A DNA stretch of 64,000 nucleotides from an uncultured Clostridia bacterium (GTDB taxonomy: Bacteria; Bacillota; Clostridia; Christensenellales; UBA1242), in contig CALVTO010000001.1 of NCBI GenBank assembly GCA_944362705.1, positions 17,416 through 81,415 on the forward strand, in the 5' to 3' direction. The translations under genes were made by a program, and so were the position numbers. The notes under the pieces were generated by a model. That model had not been told where the DNA came from. It searched no databases and was given only the letters and a program-made list of their open reading frames with translations. Shown here one piece after another: positions 1-9,771 of the stretch (the stretch's first letter is position 1; every line of letters begins with the position of its first letter).

Positions 1-1139
1 ATTGTTCCGTTATTCGAACAGCGCCTACCAATCGTTTGCCGGTGCAAACCTTTGTTACAGAGTACACCGAAGATTTGGTGCGTGATGCTATTTTGCGCGA
101 AATGTCACGTGGTGGGCAAGTGTTTGTGCTGTATAATCGTGTGGAACATATGTATACTTTTAAAGAAGCGTTACAGCGTATTGTGCCATCGGCACGTATT
201 GTGGTGGGGCATGGCAAATTAAAAGGCAAAGAATTAGAAGATGTTATGTATCAATTCATGAAAGGCGAAGCCGATATTTTGCTATGCACTACCATTATTG
301 AAAACGGGGTAAATTTTCCTAATGCCAACACCCTTATTGTTATCGATAGTGAGCGATTTGGTATTTCTCAATTATATCAAATTAAAGGGCGCGTAGGTAG
401 AAGCGATAAAGTAGGGTTTGCATACTTTACCTACAACGAACAAAAGGTGCTTACCGAAGAGGCAACCAAGCGCTTATCCGCCATTTCGGAATTTACCGAA
501 TTAGGTAGCGGGTTTAAGCTTGCCATGCGCGATTTAGAAATTCGCGGTAGCGGAAGCGTGCTCGGCGCAGAGCAACATGGGCACATGGAAAAAGTAGGGT
601 ACGAGCTTTATACGCGTATGCTTGCGCAAGAAATGCGTATTTTGCAAGGCGCGCAAGAACAAACGGTAGAAGATACAGAAATGAAAGTGGCACTCGATGC
701 CTTTATTGCCGAAACGTATATCACCGATGCCGAAAACCGCATGACGGCATACAAAAATATATCACGTATTGCTACGCGTAAAGAATTAACCGACGCCATG
801 CAAGAACTTGAAGATATGTTTGGTAAAGTGCCTATACAAACGCAAAACTTAATGCATATAGCGCTTGTAAAAAACATGGCAAATAAACTAGGTGTTGTAC
901 AAATTGTATGTAAACCAACCACAGCAAGCATCGTGTTTGCAAGCAAAGAGCAGGTATTAGAAAATGAATATATTGCCGAAGCCATATATGCGTATCGGCA
1001 ATATTGCGCACTCGATTTTACGCAAAAAGCAAGCATCTTGTTTAAAAACCTAAGTGCAAATGTGGCAGACGTTTTACAAATGTTGGAAGAATTTTTTGCA
1101 ATAATATATAGAAAACAACAAGAAAAGAATAAAAAGTAA
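1..1139 (+). CDS. mfd: Transcription-repair coupling factor Mfd, C-terminal part (5' end lies outside the window; frame begins at nt 3)
   Basis: The upstream in-frame codons read ...APTNRLPVQTFV. It has helicase C motifs (ILLCTTIIENGVNFPNANTLIV, QLYQIKGRVGRS) followed by a TRCF-type C-terminal domain. Confidence 0.9.
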   Translation, partial: CSVIRTAPTNRLPVQTFVTEYTEDLVRDAILREMSRGGQVFVLYNRVEHMYTFKEALQRIVPSARIVVGHGKLKGKELEDVMYQFMKGEADILLCTTIIENGVNFPNANTLIVIDSERFGISQLYQIKGRVGRSDKVGFAYFTYNEQKVLTEEATKRLSAISEFTELGSGFKLAMRDLEIRGSGSVLGAEQHGHMEKVGYELYTRMLAQEMRILQGAQEQTVEDTEMKVALDAFIAETYITDAENRMTAYKNISRIATRKELTDAMQELEDMFGKVPIQTQNLMHIALVKNMANKLGVVQIVCKPTTASIVFASKEQVLENEYIAEAIYAYRQYCALDFTQKASILFKNLSANVADVLQMLEEFFAIIYRKQQEKNKK

Positions 1140-1168
1140 TTGCAATGAGCTATACTTTTAGGTATAAT
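1140..1168 (+). promoter_or_regulatory. Sigma-A type promoter (TTGCAA, 17 nt spacer, TATAAT)
   Basis: The hexamers were read directly at 1140-1145 and 1163-1168. Their position means the ORF-track start at 1145 lies upstream of the transcript. Confidence 0.5.
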
Positions 1169-1195
1169 ATCGTTATGAAAATGGAGAAATTAGGC

Positions 1196-2917
1196 ATGAA
1201 GAAAAAAATTTTAGCACTTGTTATATGCTTTTGTTTAAGTTTAAGTATATTTACAGGTTGTACGTTGTTTCAAAAAGATACACTTCGTTATAATAACCAG
1301 GTTGTAGCAAAGGTAGGCAATCAAACCATAACGCGTGAAGAAGTTGTAAATATGTACTACACATACTATTACAACTACTATTATTACATTTACGGCTATT
1401 CAGAAGATGAGCTTATGAGTTTAGTGTACGATTCTTTAGTTACGCGTAAAGTTATTTTAGAAGAAGCAAAGCAAATCATTCAATTAAAAAATTCTGAAGT
1501 GAACGAACTTTGGGAACAAGTTTACGAAAATATGCAAGATACGCTCGATAGTAAAGTAAAAACCATGTTAGAAAACGATGGGTACGATGAAGAAAGCGAT
1601 CTTTATAAAGAATATTTTCCAGAAGAAGAAAGCAGTACAAAATACATTTACAAACTATACGAGCTTGAAACTTTGCCAAAGCCAGATTATACAAACTTTA
1701 ATCCTAACGACGTAGAATTAAGCGCAAGCAATAATGTTTTGCCAAAAGAAGAAGATTACACCAAAGACTATATGTTAAAAGCATATAAAGAATGGGTAAC
1801 CGAACTCATTCAGTCTGCACGTTTAGCTGGTAAAAGCACAAACGTTACCGACGTATTGCAAGCCGAGTTAGATAGGCAATATAAAGTGTTTGAAGAAAGC
1901 AAATATATTGAAAAATACCAAGAATATATAGAAGGTCAAAATCTTTCTATTGGAAACGAAACCGAAGCTGCCAAGCTTGTACTAGAAAAATACGAAATGC
2001 TTTTAACGGCCGACCAGCAAACCTATGGCTTACTTGGCAATTACGAAACGACTATGAACGGCACCGATAATGATAACTTGGTGTTATATCACAATCCAAA
2101 CAGTCAAGGTTATTTCCAAGTGCAACACATTTTAGTTAGTTTTACCGCTGAGCAAAAGAAAGTGCTTGAAAGCATGGATGGTTACGATGAAGATAAAGAT
2201 GCCATTTACCGTGAAGAGTATTTACAAAAACTAGAAGAGTTTATGAACGATCTTATTTCTAGTGAAAATGGCATTATGTACCGCGAAAACTACGACGATG
2301 AAGAAACTTATAAAGAAATTTCTGCACAAGATAGCACCGTTACATTTGCCAACTTGCAAGCAGAACTCGATGCCCTTGTAAACGCATTAAAAACAGGTGG
2401 TTCGTATGTAGATTACGCCCAAGGCTTTAATGAACTTATGTATAAATATAGCGCTGACCCGGGTTTAATCACCGAAGATTCATTAAGCCAGTTCACAGGG
2501 TACTATGTTCCACTAGATTCTGAAGAAAACGGCGCATGGATTAAAGAATTTGCCGACGCAAGTAGAGATTTATATACCAATTCGTATGAAAACGGTTTTG
2601 CAGATGGAAGATATTATACCATGGTAGCTACTTCTAACGGTGTGCATATTATTATGATAACCGGCGAAGTGCAAAAAGGTAATTTGGTCGATTTTTCTGG
2701 TATTGAAAATGATAATTCTGCAAAAATTCAAGCTTTACAAAACACATTTATTTCCTTGCGAGAAGATAAAAGTGTATACGATTACTTGTATGAACTTGTG
2801 CTAGCCGACCAACAAGAAACCTTCTTCAACACCTACATGGGTAAAAAGGTAGAAGAGTTAGAAAAAAATGGAACCATTGTGTACTACTATAAATCATACG
2901 ATGAAATCATGGGTTAA
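1196..2917 (+). CDS. PrsA/SurA-like lipoprotein with a parvulin-type peptidyl-prolyl isomerase domain
   Basis: GGAGAA RBS sits 7 nt before the ATG at 1196. The lipoprotein signal is MKKKILALVICFCLSLSIFTGC. Parvulin-like motifs are FQVQHILVSF and NGVHIIM. The position just after mfd is typical of Firmicutes. Confidence 0.7.
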   Translation: MKKKILALVICFCLSLSIFTGCTLFQKDTLRYNNQVVAKVGNQTITREEVVNMYYTYYYNYYYYIYGYSEDELMSLVYDSLVTRKVILEEAKQIIQLKNSEVNELWEQVYENMQDTLDSKVKTMLENDGYDEESDLYKEYFPEEESSTKYIYKLYELETLPKPDYTNFNPNDVELSASNNVLPKEEDYTKDYMLKAYKEWVTELIQSARLAGKSTNVTDVLQAELDRQYKVFEESKYIEKYQEYIEGQNLSIGNETEAAKLVLEKYEMLLTADQQTYGLLGNYETTMNGTDNDNLVLYHNPNSQGYFQVQHILVSFTAEQKKVLESMDGYDEDKDAIYREEYLQKLEEFMNDLISSENGIMYRENYDDEETYKEISAQDSTVTFANLQAELDALVNALKTGGSYVDYAQGFNELMYKYSADPGLITEDSLSQFTGYYVPLDSEENGAWIKEFADASRDLYTNSYENGFADGRYYTMVATSNGVHIIMITGEVQKGNLVDFSGIENDNSAKIQALQNTFISLREDKSVYDYLYELVLADQQETFFNTYMGKKVEELEKNGTIVYYYKSYDEIMG

Positions 2918-2927
2918 CAAACAAAAT

Positions 2928-2953
2928 AAAAAGCGTACGTATATACGCTTTTT
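2928..2953 (+). terminator. Rho-independent terminator
   Basis: Stem AGCGTA/TACGCT with flanking A and T runs. Confidence 0.7.
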
Positions 2954-3008
2954 ATTTTGTTTAGGTTTGACATACCCAAGGGTATGTGTATACTAAATAT
3001 AGAAAAAG

Positions 3009-4502
3009 ATGGAACAAAAAAACACAAAAACAGCCCAAAAACAGAAGAAACATTCTGTAGAAAAGCCAATAGACTTGTCCGTAGAGCAATCTCAAGCAGA
3101 GGTTACTCCTTTTTCGCAAGCATCCATGTTCGACCAAGATATGAAAAAGCAACAACAGAAAAATGAAAAATATGCAAAACTTAAAAAGCAGGTTGCTCTT
3201 GAAGAAAATTTAGATTTAAAAGCGCAAATACAAAAAGACGATTCCAGCATTATCGATGCTGAAATTGTAGAAGAACACTTAGAAGAAGTACAAAAGTACG
3301 AAAAACAAAAGAAAAGTAAAAAATCAAAAATTATCAACTTATTATTTTTGTTAGCCAATATTGTATTGGTGGTTGTGCTTATTGTAGGTTTGTTAAAGTC
3401 TTTAAATGGCCAACCATTGGAAACGGTTATTGCTTCACAAGGCAAACGGTTATGGTGGCTTGCTGGTGGGTTAGGCGTCATGTTTGTTGTTATGCTTGCC
3501 GATGCTTGCTCGCTTTTCATGATTATTCATAAAACCACAAAAAAAGCAAGGCCAGTTTTAAGTTATACAACTGCCATTACGGGTAGGTACTACGAATCTA
3601 TTACACCACTTTCTGCAGGTGCACAACCTTCGCAAATTGTGTATATGGCAAAAAGGGGAATTTCTCCAGGCATTGCCACTAGTATTCCTATTATCAAAAT
3701 GATGATATACAATGCGTGCTACGTGTTTATTGCTTTAACCTTTTTTATTTTCGTAGGTCCAACATTGCAGGCAACCTCCACGCTTAATAATTTGTTTTTA
3801 ATTATTTTTAAAATTTTAGCGGGCATTGGTCTTGTTATTTCATCTGTTACAACCATACTTATTATAGTTGTAGGTTCTAGCAGGGTTTGGGGTAGGTCAC
3901 TTGCTCGTTGGTGCATTCGCATGGGGTACAAACTTCGTTTGGTAAAAAATTATCGCCAATCGTACGATAAACTCATGACACAGGTTATTGAATTTCAAAA
4001 CTCCATTGCTTACTTGCGAAAAAACATTGGTTTGCTTATTGGGTTAATTGTGGCATGTGCCATACAACTACTTGCTACGGCAAGTGTGCCATTTTTTGTT
4101 ACTATGGCGTTTTCTAGTGTCGAATTCGCTTCTACTGCCGAAGGTTTTCGCTATTGGCTAGATACGGTTATGCGTTTTTATATTGTGTTTTTAGCAGCTA
4201 GCTACATACCTTTGCCGGGTGGTACAGGTATGACAGAAGTTGCATTTGTTGCCATGTTTGGTTCCGATTTGCTCATGGGCACTACAAATATTGTTTGGGG
4301 CTTCTTGGCATGGCGCATACTTACATATTATTTGCTCATTGCGCAGGGTATTATTCTTATTATTGTAGATGCCATTGTGGGTGCTAGTCATAAGCGCAAA
4401 ATTCAAAAGCAAGAAAATACGTCTTTAGAAGTGCCAAAAATTACAGCACATACAACGCAGTCGCTTACTAAGCCAACAACAAAACGGAAGAAAAAAGCAT
4501 AA
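3009..4502 (+). CDS. Flippase-like / lysylphosphatidylglycerol-synthase-TM (UPF0104) family membrane protein with a charged N-terminal tail
   Basis: It is multi-pass and contains YYESITPLSAGAQPSQIVYMAKRGISPG, which resembles the UPF0104 core. The first roughly 110 aa are K/E/Q-rich. Confidence 0.6.
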   Translation: MEQKNTKTAQKQKKHSVEKPIDLSVEQSQAEVTPFSQASMFDQDMKKQQQKNEKYAKLKKQVALEENLDLKAQIQKDDSSIIDAEIVEEHLEEVQKYEKQKKSKKSKIINLLFLLANIVLVVVLIVGLLKSLNGQPLETVIASQGKRLWWLAGGLGVMFVVMLADACSLFMIIHKTTKKARPVLSYTTAITGRYYESITPLSAGAQPSQIVYMAKRGISPGIATSIPIIKMMIYNACYVFIALTFFIFVGPTLQATSTLNNLFLIIFKILAGIGLVISSVTTILIIVVGSSRVWGRSLARWCIRMGYKLRLVKNYRQSYDKLMTQVIEFQNSIAYLRKNIGLLIGLIVACAIQLLATASVPFFVTMAFSSVEFASTAEGFRYWLDTVMRFYIVFLAASYIPLPGGTGMTEVAFVAMFGSDLLMGTTNIVWGFLAWRILTYYLLIAQGIILIIVDAIVGASHKRKIQKQENTSLEVPKITAHTTQSLTKPTTKRKKKA

Positions 4503-4513
4503 TTTTATATCGA

Positions 4514-4546
4514 AAGACATATCATGTACAGATATGTCTTTTTTTA
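4514..4546 (+). terminator. Rho-independent terminator
   Basis: A 10 bp stem AAGACATATC/GATATGTCTT is followed by a T6 run. The hairpin covers the ORF-track ATG at 4524. Confidence 0.75.
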
Positions 4547-4556
4547 TGAGGAGAAT

Positions 4557-5840
4557 ATGCTACTAGGTAATGCTAGTATAGACGCATGTTTGCAACAATC
4601 GTGGAAAGGCGCGCAGGGTGCGCATTCTTTTTTGCAGTATAAATTTGTCAAAGTGGTACAAACCATACAACAACTTACACAATGTTTGTTGCATTTGCCT
4701 TTTTCTTCTCTTACTATATGCGCAACTAAAACAACCTACAATGCCTTTGCATGCACCTTGTGTAAAGCCTTAGAGAAAAAATATCAAGTGCACTATACGT
4801 TGCTATCATGCGCGCAAAAGCCTACCGTACAAGAAGCAGAACATCTTTTAAAAACTTTACCCCAAACGACATGTATTGTGTGTATAGGTGACGCATCATT
4901 GCAGGAAACCAGCAAGTACATCGCTGGTGTTTGTCATGTTCCGTTTATCAGCGTGCCTATGCATTCTTTTTATGCTTATACATTTACAAAGTACAGCTTT
5001 TTATTAGAACGTGTTGTTCCGCAAGTATATGTGGCAAGCACGCCGTATGCCGTTTGTATATGTGAAGAACTTTTACATAACAAAAAAGGCTTGCCCAATA
5101 TGCTCTCGCATAGTATTAGTTTAATGTGTGCTTGGTTTGAAATGCGTTTTCAAAATAGAATGTTCGCTAAACCGGTTGTTGCCGAGTATATACAAAATGT
5201 GCAACACATAATAAAACAAATGGTGCAACAAGTGCATCACGCATATTTACAACGAAAGCCCTACCATTCTTTTATTATACAAGGCGTTACAAAACTCAAC
5301 TTTTGTGTAGAACTATGGTTTTCATCTGCACTACCATTTTTACCCAATCGGGCGCTTGTAGAAACATTATCGTTGCTAAGTGGCGTTTACGAAACAGCGG
5401 GGGAAATGCATTATCTTGCCACGTCTTTGTATGTGGCGTGTGTAAAATATAGTTTTTGTACGCAACCGCATGCAAGCGTTGTATGCACTTCTCAACTTAT
5501 TGCATGGGCAAAAAAGTATTGGCGCATGCCGTTTTTAGTATTTTTGCATACACATACACCCATATTACAAGAAAAAACTTGCGCGCAACAAAAACAACTG
5601 TTTACATATAAAAAACGGGGTGTGTGGCAAGATTTAAAATCTTTAACCGCTTGGCTCAAAAAAGCATTTTTTGTATGGAAAGAAATTTCTGTAACAAACC
5701 AACAAATCTTGCACAAAGCCGTAAAAGCAAAACATATACGCATAGCGCTTGCTTTAAGTGCTGAACTTAGTAAACGGCAATCGGTATGGAATTGTTTAAG
5801 AAATTGGGGCGTATTGCAAACGTTAATACAGCATGTTTAA
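4557..5840 (+). CDS. Cys/His/Gln-rich protein, possibly a degenerate Fe-ADH / glycerol-1-phosphate-dehydrogenase-fold homologue
   Basis: IGDASLQETSKYIAGVCHVPFISVPM resembles the IGGGSxxDxxKyxA..iPlisvPT core, but the GGG motif is lost. I moved the start to 4557 because 4524 lies inside the upstream terminator. Confidence 0.4.
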   Translation: MLLGNASIDACLQQSWKGAQGAHSFLQYKFVKVVQTIQQLTQCLLHLPFSSLTICATKTTYNAFACTLCKALEKKYQVHYTLLSCAQKPTVQEAEHLLKTLPQTTCIVCIGDASLQETSKYIAGVCHVPFISVPMHSFYAYTFTKYSFLLERVVPQVYVASTPYAVCICEELLHNKKGLPNMLSHSISLMCAWFEMRFQNRMFAKPVVAEYIQNVQHIIKQMVQQVHHAYLQRKPYHSFIIQGVTKLNFCVELWFSSALPFLPNRALVETLSLLSGVYETAGEMHYLATSLYVACVKYSFCTQPHASVVCTSQLIAWAKKYWRMPFLVFLHTHTPILQEKTCAQQKQLFTYKKRGVWQDLKSLTAWLKKAFFVWKEISVTNQQILHKAVKAKHIRIALALSAELSKRQSVWNCLRNWGVLQTLIQHV

Positions 5841-5881
5841 ATCACTTAGGTGTGGGTATACTTACCTTAGGTGATTTTTTT

Positions 5882-6316
5882 ATGAAAAAACTAAGTTGTC
5901 TTTGTATTCTTTTGGCTGTTGGTTTTGCTTCTATGTGTGCTTGGCAACCCTTGCAAGAGGTGTTTAAAAGTAACGAAACCAAATGGTATGTTACAGACGA
6001 AAATGTAGAGGGTCATTTTTTAGGGTTTTGCATGGAAACGAACGGGGCCGATTTACAAACATACCAAACCTATGTAAAAAACGGAACTATACTTGGCGAG
6101 TCCGTTCTCATTCCTTCTACTTATGCGGTGCAAAAGGTGTGTGATATGTTAGGCGCGCAAATTGTATCGAAAGAAATAACGGCCTACGGGGAAATGATCA
6201 TGGCATATTCTAAACGTGTTCCTTATGCGCCTGTTGCTTTGCAAAGTAACGTCCAAATTGCGGTCACCCAAGAAGGCATATGGGTAGGTGTTCCTGTTTT
6301 GTACGGAAGTTATTAA
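5882..6316 (+). CDS. Hypothetical secreted protein
   Basis: AGGTGA RBS sits 7 nt before the ATG at 5882. The signal peptide is MKKLSCLCILLAVGFASMCAW. Confidence 0.5.
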   Translation: MKKLSCLCILLAVGFASMCAWQPLQEVFKSNETKWYVTDENVEGHFLGFCMETNGADLQTYQTYVKNGTILGESVLIPSTYAVQKVCDMLGAQIVSKEITAYGEMIMAYSKRVPYAPVALQSNVQIAVTQEGIWVGVPVLYGSY

Positions 6317-6371
6317 AACCATGTATAAACACAGGCAAATATGGCAATAGTTAGGGTAATGGAGGAAATAT

Positions 6372-6968
6372 ATGAAACAATCATTTTATGCAAAGGTTAA
6401 AGATTTTGTAAAGCAACATATGTATGGTATTTTGGTAAGTTTTTGTGTGGTTACGCTGGTTTTTGTTCTCACCATAACAGCCATATCATCGCTAGCAAAA
6501 ACGCCAACGCTTGATGAACCAAGCGATGAAGTTGTATCGCCGGCAGTTATTGTTTTTACAGCACCTGTACAAAATGGAACTATAGGTATGGGTTACGCAG
6601 AAGATGAACTTATTTATCATAAAACGTTACAACAATGGCAAACGCATCAAGCAATAGATTATTTAGCGCCTGCTGGAACTGAGGTAGTAGCGGCGTACGA
6701 TGGTGAAGTTTTAAGTGTAGAAAATACTATGCTAGAAGGCGTCATTATAACCATTCAACACGAGCAAAACCTTGTTACAAAATATGCGTCTTTAGATGAA
6801 ACAACAGCGGTAAAAAAAGGAGATAAAGTTACCAAAGGCCAAGTGATAGGCAAAGTAGGAACAACGGCCATGAATGAAGTTGAAGAAGGTCCACATGTGC
6901 ACTTTGAAGTATGGTTAAAAGATGCGCTTGTCGATCCAACCAATTATTTAACCGACGGTAAAAAATAA
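6372..6968 (+). CDS. Membrane-anchored M23 (LytM-domain) metallopeptidase
   Basis: GGAGG RBS and an N-terminal TM helix. It carries HQAIDY (HxxxD), GTEVVAAYDGEV, KGQVIGKVGTT and PHVHFE (HxH). Confidence 0.8.
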   Translation: MKQSFYAKVKDFVKQHMYGILVSFCVVTLVFVLTITAISSLAKTPTLDEPSDEVVSPAVIVFTAPVQNGTIGMGYAEDELIYHKTLQQWQTHQAIDYLAPAGTEVVAAYDGEVLSVENTMLEGVIITIQHEQNLVTKYASLDETTAVKKGDKVTKGQVIGKVGTTAMNEVEEGPHVHFEVWLKDALVDPTNYLTDGKK

Positions 6969-7048
6969 AGGAAAATGTATGGAAACATACATTTTTTCTT
7001 TGTAAAAACATATCCTTTTGCTATACTAATACAAAAGAGGTGAGAGGT

Positions 7049-8467
7049 ATGCGTAAAACAAAAATTGTTTGTACATTAGGTCCATCCATTCAAACATACG
7101 AAGATGTTAAAGACTTAATTCGTAGTGGCATGGATGTTGCACGTATTAACATGAGCCATGGCGATTATGCGTCCTACGCACATTGGATTGATATGGTAAA
7201 AGACGCCCGTGCAGAATTAGATGTTCCTGTGGCTATTTTGCTAGATACCAAAGGTCCAGAAATTCGTATTGGCGTGTTTGAAAAAAATACAGTAACGTTA
7301 AAAGATGGCGAACTTTTTGTGTTAACAACAAAACCGGTGGTAGGCAATGCTAAATATGTTTCTTTAACCAATAAAAAACTGCTTAAAATTTTGAAACCTA
7401 AGGATAAAATATTGTTAAACGATGGGCTTGTTGAGTTAAAAGTATTAAAAATTGAAGGCACAGAAATTGTTTGCAAAATTGTACATGGTGGCGAACTGTC
7501 TAACCATAAAAGTTTAAACATTCCAGGTATTCCATTTGATATGGAATTTTTAACAGAAGCCGATAAAAAAGATTTAGAATTTTGTGCAACGCAAGATATC
7601 GATTACCTTGCGCTAAGTTTTGTCAATTGTAAACAAGATGTCGAAAAAATAAAAAGTTTTCTTGAAAAACTTAATATGAACCAAGTAAAACTAATTTCAA
7701 AAATAGAAAGCGCCGAAGGCGTAAAAAATATGGACGAAATCATTGCTTCTTCCGATGGTGTTATGGTTGCTCGTGGTGATTTAGGCGTAGAAGTAGAGTT
7801 TACCAAAATTCCTGCCATACAAAAACAAATTATTGCAAAATGCAATCAAGCAGGCAAAGCGGTTATTACGGCTACGCAAATGCTAGAATCCATGACACAA
7901 TCTTCACGCCCAACGCGTGCGGAAATTTCAGATGTTGCCAACGCTGTGCTCGATGGCACTTCCGCTGTCATGCTTTCGGGTGAAACAGCCAAAGGCAAAT
8001 ACCCATTCTTGGCGTGCAAAACTATGGCGAAAATTGTGCAAGAGTGTGAAAAAGATATCGACACAACCAAACAAATGGCAAACAACGCACTGTTTCAACA
8101 AGAAAATCTTTCAAAAAGCATGGGCTATGCGGCTGTGTCTTTAAGTTATACAACTCAAGCTAAGGCTATTTTAGTTGTTACGTTTTCAGGTAAAACAGCA
8201 GGTTTTGTGGCACAATTTAAACCTAAAGCGCCTATTCTTGCCAGCACACCTAAATATAAAACCTATCATCAAATGGCACTTTTATGGGGTGTAAAGCCAA
8301 TGCTTAATAAAATTTGTGAAAACACCGATCAACTATTAGAATCTGCACGCACGCTTGCAAAGCAAGCTAAGCTTGTTAAAGAAAAAGATATCGTTGTACA
8401 AACGGCAGGCGTTCCTGTGGGCGAAAGTGCAGAAACGAATTTGTTAAAAGTAGATATAATTTCATAA
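7049..8467 (+). CDS. pyk: Pyruvate kinase
   Basis: MRKTKIVCTLGPS, MVARGDLGVE and SGETAKGKYP. AAGAGG RBS sits 8 nt before the ATG at 7049. Confidence 0.95.
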   Translation: MRKTKIVCTLGPSIQTYEDVKDLIRSGMDVARINMSHGDYASYAHWIDMVKDARAELDVPVAILLDTKGPEIRIGVFEKNTVTLKDGELFVLTTKPVVGNAKYVSLTNKKLLKILKPKDKILLNDGLVELKVLKIEGTEIVCKIVHGGELSNHKSLNIPGIPFDMEFLTEADKKDLEFCATQDIDYLALSFVNCKQDVEKIKSFLEKLNMNQVKLISKIESAEGVKNMDEIIASSDGVMVARGDLGVEVEFTKIPAIQKQIIAKCNQAGKAVITATQMLESMTQSSRPTRAEISDVANAVLDGTSAVMLSGETAKGKYPFLACKTMAKIVQECEKDIDTTKQMANNALFQQENLSKSMGYAAVSLSYTTQAKAILVVTFSGKTAGFVAQFKPKAPILASTPKYKTYHQMALLWGVKPMLNKICENTDQLLESARTLAKQAKLVKEKDIVVQTAGVPVGESAETNLLKVDIIS

Positions 8468-8504
8468 AATTATTATAAATGCAAACAATAAACGTGTGCA
8501 TTGT

Positions 8505-8533
8505 TTGACGAAAATAAAAAAAGTAGGTATCAT
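8505..8533 (+). promoter_or_regulatory. Sigma-A type promoter (TTGACG, 17 nt spacer, TATCAT) ending 8 nt before the ATG at 8542
   Basis: The hexamers were read directly. There is no Shine-Dalgarno (SD) sequence between the -10 and the ATG. Confidence 0.4.
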
Positions 8534-8541
8534 ATATATAA

Positions 8542-9585
8542 ATGAAAAAGTGGGTTGTCGGCATTTGTCTGTGTTTGTTATTCGTTAGCGTCGGGCTAAC
8601 TTTTTCTGCATGTAATTCTAATACTTCGGCAGAATCGGTGGCGGTTACATCGGTTGTGTTTGAAAAACCTTTTGTATATGCTGAGTACCAAGAAAGAGTA
8701 GAATTGCATTATAAAGTATATCCAAGCAATGCAACACCTACCAATGTTAATTTTTCTTATCAAACAGAAGTTGGCAATATTACACTTAACGAATCGCTTT
8801 TAAGTCAAGGCATTGTGTACATCAATAAACCTCAAAATGTTGAGAACTCAGGTAAAATAAAAATTACCATCAATGTCGATGGTAAAACCGATGATTGCAC
8901 GGTGCAATTAAAACCGTATCCAAGCAATCTTTCTTTAAACATACCAGAAGAGCAAACGTTGTCTGTTTTGCGTGGCCAAAGCATACAACTTCCTCTTATG
9001 GTAACAAATGATTATGGCACAAACACTTCTCCTTTTGAAATGTACCATTTTACATTTACAACGCCTAATGGTATTTCCATCAATGAAAATGGTGTATTGT
9101 TTTGTGCAGAAAATTATCCTTCTAGCACAGCTACTATTACGGCAACCATAAAGTATAATGGGCGTGACGACGTTGTTTTCGAGTTTGAAATCAATGTTTT
9201 ACCGCAAAAGCCACAAGAAGTAACCTTGGTTCATCCAACACTAGGCACACTTTCAACAGAAAAAGAAACATCTTGCGCTTTAAGCGTGGGGGAAACGCTA
9301 GCACTTAATGTATATGCTGCCAATCGTGTGGCTGGCGGCACGCAACAAGTTCCTTATCTTAATGTAAAGGCGTATGCTGTTGTGGCGGGTAACGCGTCTA
9401 ACAAAAATATTTCTATAACGGCTTTACCAACAGAAAACGGAGCGACGCTTACATTAACATTTCAAGGTGTTACGGGTGAATCTGGTGAATCTCTTGCTTT
9501 TACTTTGTACGTTGGTGTTGATGGAGAAAAAGGGCCAATTTTGCAAGAATACACATTTGTAATTAACTTTCAAGAGAGTGTTTAA
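8542..9585 (+). CDS. Surface lipoprotein with Ig-like (Big_2-like) repeats
   Basis: Lipobox LTFSAC. The body is beta-rich and T/S/N/V-rich. Confidence 0.6.
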   Translation: MKKWVVGICLCLLFVSVGLTFSACNSNTSAESVAVTSVVFEKPFVYAEYQERVELHYKVYPSNATPTNVNFSYQTEVGNITLNESLLSQGIVYINKPQNVENSGKIKITINVDGKTDDCTVQLKPYPSNLSLNIPEEQTLSVLRGQSIQLPLMVTNDYGTNTSPFEMYHFTFTTPNGISINENGVLFCAENYPSSTATITATIKYNGRDDVVFEFEINVLPQKPQEVTLVHPTLGTLSTEKETSCALSVGETLALNVYAANRVAGGTQQVPYLNVKAYAVVAGNASNKNISITALPTENGATLTLTFQGVTGESGESLAFTLYVGVDGEKGPILQEYTFVINFQESV

Positions 9586-9661
9586 AAGGTCCATTTGCGC
9601 ATTTTTTGTTTATTTTGGTTAAAAATGGCATAAAAACCATGTGTTTTATTTGAATATTTGC

Positions 9662-9688
9662 AAAAAGCGGTCAAAAACCGCTTTTTTC
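9662..9688 (+). terminator. Rho-independent terminator
   Basis: Stem AGCGGT/ACCGCT followed by T6. Confidence 0.7.
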
Positions 9689-9711
9689 TTGTACAAATTT
9701 TGGGGTGAGTG

Positions 9712-9740
9712 TTGACATATTGCTTTTCCTGGTATATAAT
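9712..9740 (+). promoter_or_regulatory. Consensus sigma-A promoter (TTGACA, 17 nt spacer, TATAAT)
   Basis: Both hexamers are perfect. They lie inside the ORF-track start at 9709, so the true start is downstream. Confidence 0.65.
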
Positions 9741-9771
9741 TTACGTAATGAAAAAGAAGGAGATAAACAAA

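Noticed and set aside
608-1036. A 142-aa minus-strand ORF. The many similar 60-155-aa antisense ORFs in the track belong to the same class, for example 3092-3520, 17205-17669, 33291-33713, 34758-35153, 35160-35543, 38146-38529 and 59730-60140.
   Set aside because: Each lies wholly inside a confidently identified gene on the other strand. None has an RBS, and all have a low-complexity, Cys/Ser-rich composition.
1145-1195. ORF-track start codons at 1145, 4524, 9709, 31315, 31880, 33373 and 49507.
   Set aside because: Promoter hexamers or terminator hairpins sit on or downstream of these codons (1163 TATAAT, 4514-4546 hairpin, 9712-9740 promoter). Alternatively, a downstream ATG has a proper SD sequence and the expected N-terminus. 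The starts were moved accordingly.
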